From Pseudomonadota bacterium (GTDB lineage Bacteria > Bdellovibrionota_B > Oligoflexia > Oligoflexales > CAIMVM01), in contig JBAXBA010000107.1 in assembly GCA_037142195.1 (NCBI GenBank), forward strand, positions 1 through 10,866: DNA of 10,866 bases, given 5' to 3'. Numbering within the stretch: position 1 is the first letter of the stretch; every line of letters begins with the position of its first letter. The position numbers and the translations under genes were made by a program. The notes under the pieces were generated by a model. The model had not been told where the DNA came from. It searched no databases and saw nothing but the letters and a program-made list of their open reading frames with translations. Shown here piece by piece: positions 1 through 5,020 of this stretch.

Positions 1-56
1 GTCGAACTGCTGAGGTCGAACTGCTGAGGTCGAACTGCTGAGGTCGAACTGCTGAT
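1..56. repeat. 14-bp tandem repeat (GTCGAACTGCTGAG), at least 4 copies, possibly truncated by the window start
   Basis: Exact units at 1-14, 15-28 and 29-42; fourth copy 43-56 matches 13/14 (ends GAT). No spacers between units. Confidence 0.95.
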
Positions 57-105
57 GACTCATGCATCTAGCCAGCTTCGCATATTGAATAGGACTTCTC
101 GCCTT

Positions 106-135
106 GAAGGAAAGATGGCTTTCCTTCCTTTGATT
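106..135 (+). terminator. Putative intrinsic terminator
   Basis: Perfect 9-bp stem GAAGGAAAG (106-114) / CTTTCCTTC (119-127), loop ATGG, followed by T-rich CTTTGATT. Confidence 0.5.
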
Positions 136-449
136 CTATTTCGATTCGCCTAGCATATATTAAGACAGGAAGAGATTCAGTATCCGGCTTTCCTCTCCCC
201 AAATATCTGGGTTTAGAAATATTTACACCTTCTAAAGCCCAGCCTTGGGCCTACAGATAATTCTACAAAATCAACCCATTTTCCTTCCATTTCATTAACG
301 TTTTTTCTTTGAAACGAGCCCCTTCAACTTTTAGTGGCTGGCTAACACCTCAGTATCGCTGTTTTTTTTAAGACTTTCCAGAAGCTTGATGGGAATCTGC
401 GCCTGCACTTTCTAACGCAGATGGGACTTCAAAAGTCTTCAACTTTAGC

Positions 450-476
450 TCAAGATAAATGGGATTTTGTCGATAA
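450..476 (+). promoter_or_regulatory. Putative sigma28 (FliA)-type promoter of the globin gene
   Basis: TCAA (450-453)-N15-GTCGATAA (469-476) versus consensus TAAA-N15-GCCGATAA: exact spacing, one mismatch per box, 37 bp upstream of ATG 514. Confidence 0.6.
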
Positions 477-513
477 ACGGGCCTGAAAGTTCCTGCGTAC
501 GCAAGGAGTTATT

Positions 514-1014
514 ATGTCAAAAATGCTTGAAGACACTAATTTAGCTGCCGAACTGGAAGCATCTTCCGTGAGAAGTGGCAAAAAGCTATTTGAGCGTATC
601 GGCGGACGCTCCACAATTGAGGCTGTTCATAAGCGATTTTATGATAAGATTTATGCCCATGCCTGGATTGGTCAATTTTTTCAAGGTAGCGATCAAAAAC
701 ACATTGAAAGCCAGCAAACGGATTTTATCGCCATGCTTTTTGGAGGACCCAAATCTTATAGCGGAAGAATGCCGGTAGATGCCCATGAGCATATCATGAT
801 CGATGATGAGATCTTTGCGTTGCGAACAGAACTTCTGCTCGAATCCTTAACGGAATCAGGAATTGGACCTGCTGAGATAGAAGACTGGCTGCGAATTGAC
901 GGGGCCTTTAAAAAAGTATTGATAAAAAAATCCCTTTCCGAATGCAAAAAAAGATTTTTTTCAGATACGATTTTAGATGTGCCTAATCCAAGCAATAATA
1001 AGCATGCGTCCTGA
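514..1014 (+). CDS. Group I truncated hemoglobin (trHbN/GlbN-like 2/2 globin)
   Basis: LFERIGG (A-B Gly-Gly), F42-Y43 (B9/B10), F56 (CD1), Q68 (E11), FGGPKSYSGR (EF loop GGPxxYxGR), proximal H91 in DAHEH. RBS AAGGAG at 503-508. Confidence 0.93.
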   Translation: MSKMLEDTNLAAELEASSVRSGKKLFERIGGRSTIEAVHKRFYDKIYAHAWIGQFFQGSDQKHIESQQTDFIAMLFGGPKSYSGRMPVDAHEHIMIDDEIFALRTELLLESLTESGIGPAEIEDWLRIDGAFKKVLIKKSLSECKKRFFSDTILDVPNPSNNKHAS

Positions 1015-1048
1015 AAAGAGCAAATCTTATGACCTTTTTTAGGATGCA
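1005..1048 (+). other. 14-bp hairpin overlapping the globin stop codon
   Basis: TGCGTCCTGAAAAG (1005-1018) pairs with TTTTTTAGGATGCA (1035-1048) with three G-U pairs. No clear U-tract follows. Confidence 0.45.
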
Positions 1049-1070
1049 ATCTGAGTTGAATTTTATGATT

Positions 1071-1102
1071 GGAAGAAGATAAGACCTTCTTCTACTATTT
1101 TA
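1071..1102 (+). terminator. Possible intrinsic terminator downstream of the globin gene
   Basis: GGAAGAAG (1071-1078) / CTTCTTCT (1086-1093) stem with 7-nt loop, then ACTATTTTA. Confidence 0.35.
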
Positions 1103-1860
1103 TAGCAATAGCTTCCTCTTTCCCGTCGACTCCCCTTGAATCACCTGCCATCAGGGAGAACTAAGCTGTCGATAGACATGCTTAAAGAAGTCCCTATCGA
1201 ACAATCGCCACCCCTAATATCAAAAATCAAGCGGGAATCAGAACTTGGATCCATCCATGCCGGGAAAGTCCTATTCAAGGAGACAGCTGCTATTTTTTTG
1301 ACAATACCACTTGTAAATACAGCCCTATATTTCTCTCGCCCTAAAATTTAACATTATGATCGCTCCAAGCCATCTATATGTCCCAATAACGCTTATCCTA
1401 TGCGGTCAAGAGATCATTGAGCCTGACTTCTTTGAATAGAAACAGCTTTGCATGCGTTTTTTGGGGGACAGCTTGGGACACTCTAGTTGCGGAGGCTTTC
1501 CTCCGCCTTGGCCAAGAACGCAGGCGCAACACCAGCTATACACGCTTAGTATTAACCTACCGCCTTAGTATACATCGTAGCCGCGCCTGGTCATACTTTG
1601 GCAAGAATTGGTGTTCTTTCATATTGAAGCCATTCCGAAACAATCCAAAAAAAATGTATGAAATGCTACTTCTAATTGCGCGTTTTCAAAAAATTCCACC
1701 TCTCAAGTTCTGCCTAGGCATCATTTAATAACATTTGAATTTAAAAAATGATTCTCTTTGAGCAATGCTCCCCACTCCCAACCTACCCATCGTCTCGAAA
1801 TCACTTAGACAAGTTGACATTTATCGAAACGAAACAAGAATAAATGTCTCGCCATGAAAT

Positions 1861-1876
1861 TGGAACGATTTCTGCA
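1861..1876 (+). promoter_or_regulatory. Putative sigma54 (-24/-12) promoter of hsp20
   Basis: TGGAACG-ATTT-CTGCA versus TGGCACG-N4-TTGCW; invariant GG (1862-1863)-N10-GC (1874-1875); 45 bp upstream of ATG 1922. Confidence 0.7.
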
Positions 1877-1895
1877 TGTACCTAGAGCGTGAGTT

Positions 1896-1919
1896 AAAAT
1901 TTACCCTATTGGAGGTTTT
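1896..1919 (+). promoter_or_regulatory. SD-occluding weak hairpin, candidate RNA thermometer
   Basis: AAAATTT-A-CC (1896-1905) pairs with GG-AGGTTTT (1911-1919), covering the whole GGAGG Shine-Dalgarno with two U-G pairs and a bulged A. Confidence 0.45.
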
Positions 1920-1921
1920 CC

Positions 1922-2413
1922 ATGCTTAAAGATCTAATTCCTTCCGTGAGACGCACCCCTGCCCGCCCTTTGGAGGCGGATCCTATCGTTAGCTTTCGCA
2001 ATTCGTTGGAGAGGCTATTTGAAGATTTTTCGACCAACTTCGAGGATCTCACACCAACTCCCTCGGGACAGTTTTTGCGGTCGTTCACCCCAAAACTAGA
2101 CTTGCAAGAAGACGACAGTAAAATTATCCTAACTGCGGAACTGCCTGGATTAAGAGACAATGATGTACAAGTCGAACTTAACCGGGACTACCTGACCATC
2201 AAAGGTGAGAAGAAGTCCTTTCAAGAAGACAAGAATAAGGATGGCATTCATTGTGAACGCACATTTGGGGCCTTTGAGCGAACTATTCGACTCACTTCCG
2301 AAATCAATAAAGACAAGATTGACGCCTCTGTAAGAGATGGTGTTTTGACGGTAAATCTACCCAAAACCCACGAGGGTAAAAAAGATGTAAAGCGAATTCC
2401 TGTCCACCATTAA
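1922..2413 (+). CDS. Small heat shock protein, Hsp20/alpha-crystallin family
   Basis: PKLDLQE, AELPGL, LTIKGEKK, ERTFGAFERTIRL and DGVLTVNLPK motifs, C-terminal IxV (RIPV). RBS GGAGG at 1911-1915. Confidence 0.97.
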   Translation: MLKDLIPSVRRTPARPLEADPIVSFRNSLERLFEDFSTNFEDLTPTPSGQFLRSFTPKLDLQEDDSKIILTAELPGLRDNDVQVELNRDYLTIKGEKKSFQEDKNKDGIHCERTFGAFERTIRLTSEINKDKIDASVRDGVLTVNLPKTHEGKKDVKRIPVHH

Positions 2414-2511
2414 GGAATGTTGGCAGATAGACAGGGAGGCGAGACTAGACTCTGGTAGGCGTTTAATAATGCTTATGCTCCCTCAAAGAATATGGTGAGC
2501 GGAGGACCTTT

Positions 2512-2543
2512 AAGAAAAGAGGGCAACCTCCGCCCTTTTCTCT
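2512..2543. terminator. Possible bidirectional terminator between convergent hsp20 and exonuclease genes
   Basis: AAGAAAAG-AGGGC / AACCTCC loop / GCCCT-TTTCTCT: short GC stem with A-rich 5' and T-rich 3' flanks. Overlaps the candidate ncRNA. Confidence 0.45.
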
Positions 2544-2645
2544 GAATCGGGAGTCCATGCAGCTCAAGCACTTGCGGTTATGAGTCGTTATCTGGCAGAA
2601 GGAGCTCCCGTCTTACGAGCTTGTCCAAGGGCAGGAATCGTTGTC
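2522..2645. ncRNA. Candidate structured ncRNA (rod with central bubble, 6S-like architecture)
   Basis: Nested helices GGCAAC/GTTGTC, TCC/GGA, GCCCTT/AAGGGC, 10x16-nt internal bubble, CGGGAG/CTCCCG, TCC/GGA, TGCAG/CTGGCA, CTCA/TGAG. Family and strand not established. Confidence 0.4.
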
Positions 2646-2727
2646 GTGATTTTGGTGATTGGATTAAATGCTTAAAATATGTGGAAACATTACGGTGGAC
2701 GCTTCTACTCGAAGAAAAGCTTCTGCT

Positions 2728-4380
2728 CTAGTTCACCAGGTCTCTGAGTTCCACGACGTCAAAAAACTTAATTACGTCTCTGGTTCTGCCTGAAGATGTT
2801 GAAAGGGCCCATATGACCGCATTTACAACTCCTTCGTCATGTATGTCCACAGGGCGATGGGGCAAACCTTCAGACTTAAGTAGTTTTTCCACCATTGTGC
2901 TTGCATCGGCTGACTTTATCCAGTCTTCGGGACTAAGCTTAATAGAAACAGGATCCTCAACGCGGCCATGAATCACTGGATAAACTTGCCATTCGTTGAC
3001 ACCTTGAGCAAAAAGTAGTCCATTTCGGCTAAGAAGAGTGTCTAAAGCTCCGGGTAGCTTCAATTCCTTTAACTTTGACAATTTGGCGACATGCTGAGAT
3101 TTGTCTTCACCGACAAATATTCGTTTTAGCCATTCAAGAGGTCGCTCTGAGGCCTTAGTCTCATGTTGCTCTAGGCGCCCTCTAAATAGTGATTCTAAAA
3201 GAGGAAGATCACTTTCCGAAACTAAAAAGCCTTTTTTAGTCACTTCCTCAGAAAATATGGAAGCCAAATCTTTAAGAAAAATATGGGCCTGTCTCTGATC
3301 GTTGACCCGCCCAAAAACATGTACCGTCCCTTCTCCCGGAGAAGAAATCGACACCCTATACTTTGAGCCTTCTTTATCGATATTAAAACATTGCACCGAT
3401 CTCAAGTGAAATTTATGGGGATGAAAACTAACCTGATGCCTTCTAGGATCTTTAGATTCATCAAGGAATGCGGAAAAGAAATTGTGGTGTGCTCGCACTT
3501 TTAGGGAGTGCGCTCGAAGAACTACTTTCATCAAATGCTTGGGAAGCGTATGCAATTGTCTGAGACTAAAGACATCGCGTTGCAAATTGTAAGAAGATGA
3601 GAAGAAAAGCAACTCTTGATTGTGGTCAAAGAGATAGAAAACTCCAGGTCCTTTCGGAATATTTTCAAGGTCGGTTTCTTGAACCCCCCAGCCCAAGCGA
3701 ATCGCTGATTCTGTATCTCCTTGAAACCGAACCGCTTGCTCTAAGGTCGTAATCTTTTTAACGTCGATTCGAGCCATGAGTTCTTTAAAAAGTTTAAGTG
3801 TCATAATGGCATCAGCTTCTGCTCGATGGCTTTCCTTTTCAGCGAAACCCAAAAAACTAGCTAATCCTTTTAAAGACTTGTCGCTGGCCTCAGGGATGAG
3901 CTTCTCCGCAAGAAGATGGGTGCAGAGAAAGAAGTTATCTAAATTATGTGCTGAGACTTCACCCGCAAAATGCCTAAGAAATTTTAAATCGCCGATTGTA
4001 TTATGACTTACGAGAACGTCAGCACCAATAAATTCAATAAATTTAGGCATGACTTCATCTATCAACGGCGAGTCTTTAAGCATTTTATTGGTAATTCCGG
4101 TCATTCGGCGCACAATGCCTGGAATGGGAATCTGAGGATTTACTAACGTATAGAAACGTTCGACGATCTCACCGCCACGAAACTTTAAGGCTGATATTTC
4201 AGTAATGCCATTCTTCTCTGGATTGCCTCCCGTTGTTTCAATATCAAAAACGACGGCATTTAAATCTTTAAGTAAAATCGTTAAGAGATTATGATCAAGG
4301 TCAGAAGAACTGACAAAAGGGCGTGCCGCTTCTATCGCTCGATAAGGCCTAAATTTTTTTCCCCTCGTCGGCCTGTCCAT
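2728..4380 (-). CDS. DEDDh 3'-5' exonuclease (DnaQ/Pol III epsilon-like) fused to a degenerate GIY-YIG (UvrC/Cho-like) domain
   Basis: ExoI VVFDIETTG (D46, E48), ExoII SHNTIGD (D131), ExoIII HRAEADA (H185, D190); then IPKGPGVFYLFD...LLFFSSSYNLQRDV aligning with the UvrC N-terminal pattern LPxxPGVY...LYVGKAxNLRxRV. Confidence 0.9.
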   Translation of the reverse strand: MDRPTRGKKFRPYRAIEAARPFVSSSDLDHNLLTILLKDLNAVVFDIETTGGNPEKNGITEISALKFRGGEIVERFYTLVNPQIPIPGIVRRMTGITNKMLKDSPLIDEVMPKFIEFIGADVLVSHNTIGDLKFLRHFAGEVSAHNLDNFFLCTHLLAEKLIPEASDKSLKGLASFLGFAEKESHRAEADAIMTLKLFKELMARIDVKKITTLEQAVRFQGDTESAIRLGWGVQETDLENIPKGPGVFYLFDHNQELLFFSSSYNLQRDVFSLRQLHTLPKHLMKVVLRAHSLKVRAHHNFFSAFLDESKDPRRHQVSFHPHKFHLRSVQCFNIDKEGSKYRVSISSPGEGTVHVFGRVNDQRQAHIFLKDLASIFSEEVTKKGFLVSESDLPLLESLFRGRLEQHETKASERPLEWLKRIFVGEDKSQHVAKLSKLKELKLPGALDTLLSRNGLLFAQGVNEWQVYPVIHGRVEDPVSIKLSPEDWIKSADASTMVEKLLKSEGLPHRPVDIHDEGVVNAVIWALSTSSGRTRDVIKFFDVVELRDLVN

Positions 4381-4466
4381 CTAGGTCCCATGTTTAAAAT
4401 ACCTAGAGAGTCTAGGCGCCTATTAAGTATCATAGGCTGCCCACCTTCGGAAAGAGAATTGACCTA

Positions 4467-4892
4467 TTACCACAGTTTTTCATGGCAGAGAAGGCAGGGC
4501 GGCGGCCCACTGGCCCCAGTTCCTTGGAGACTCAAACCGTGGCAGCTTGCACAGTTATCCTCAGGAGACATAAAACCAGCCGCATGGGAGAAGCCTCCCT
4601 TGACCTCCGTATGTGACGAAGGAGAACGGGTATCCAGAAAGCTGCTATCTAGCCATGCTTTTCCATGGCATGTGTAACAACTAGGCTCAAGCCTACTTCC
4701 ACCAGCTAGCCCGTTTCCATGGCAGGAGGAACAAAACCTCTCGCCCCTATAATAGGGAGTAGCATGGGCCACTCCCTTAATCTTTTGATCATGAATGCGT
4801 AGCAAGCGCGAGGGTTCTTTTTTCTCGACGGAACAGCCACTCATCACCATTACTGGGACAAAATATAGAAAATAAAGACCCATTCGCCACAT
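4467..4892 (-). CDS. Tetraheme c-type cytochrome lipoprotein
   Basis: Signal peptide with lipobox MSG-C20; four heme-binding motifs CSSCH, CYTCH, CASCH and CLLCH; internal two-fold repeat. Confidence 0.9.
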   Translation of the reverse strand: MWRMGLYFLYFVPVMVMSGCSVEKKEPSRLLRIHDQKIKGVAHATPYYRGERFCSSCHGNGLAGGSRLEPSCYTCHGKAWLDSSFLDTRSPSSHTEVKGGFSHAAGFMSPEDNCASCHGLSLQGTGASGPPPCLLCHEKLW

Positions 4893-5020
4893 AGTTAAAT
4901 CCTTTTGACCTATAATACCGTGATTCCTTGCAGGTATCTAGATTCCGGCCGAAGGATTTAGTGCTCCAGCAATAGGGACCAAAACTATTATATAATGACT
5001 AAAATAGACCTGGAGACGCC

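Noticed and set aside
1..56. CRISPR array
   Set aside because: 14-bp units are directly adjacent with no spacers, and there are no cas genes.
575..1049. ORFs 575-778 (+), 586-792 (-), 756-1049 (-)
   Set aside because: Shadow frames of the globin gene with no motifs.
1151..1175. Second sigma28-like site TCAG...GTCGATAG
   Set aside because: Spacer is 13 rather than 15 nt and no credible gene follows.
1136..1351. 71-aa ORF (+)
   Set aside because: TTG start without SD and no recognisable domain.
1417..1728. 103-aa ORF (+)
   Set aside because: TTG start, atypical composition, crosses repeat and hairpin elements, no domain.
1906..2160. 84-aa ORF (-)
   Set aside because: Antisense shadow of hsp20.
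2522..2645. SRP RNA or retron msr-msd
   Set aside because: No SRP domain IV GGAA-loop consensus and no reverse transcriptase in the window.
2728..4380. Calling the gene dnaQ, polC or uvrC
   Set aside because: Too long for dnaQ, no polymerase domain, and the GIY-YIG is degenerate with no recognisable UvrC RNase H-like or HhH motifs.
3101..4677. ORFs 3101-3298, 3776-4006, 4291-4677 (+)
   Set aside because: Antisense to the well-supported exonuclease and cytochrome genes.
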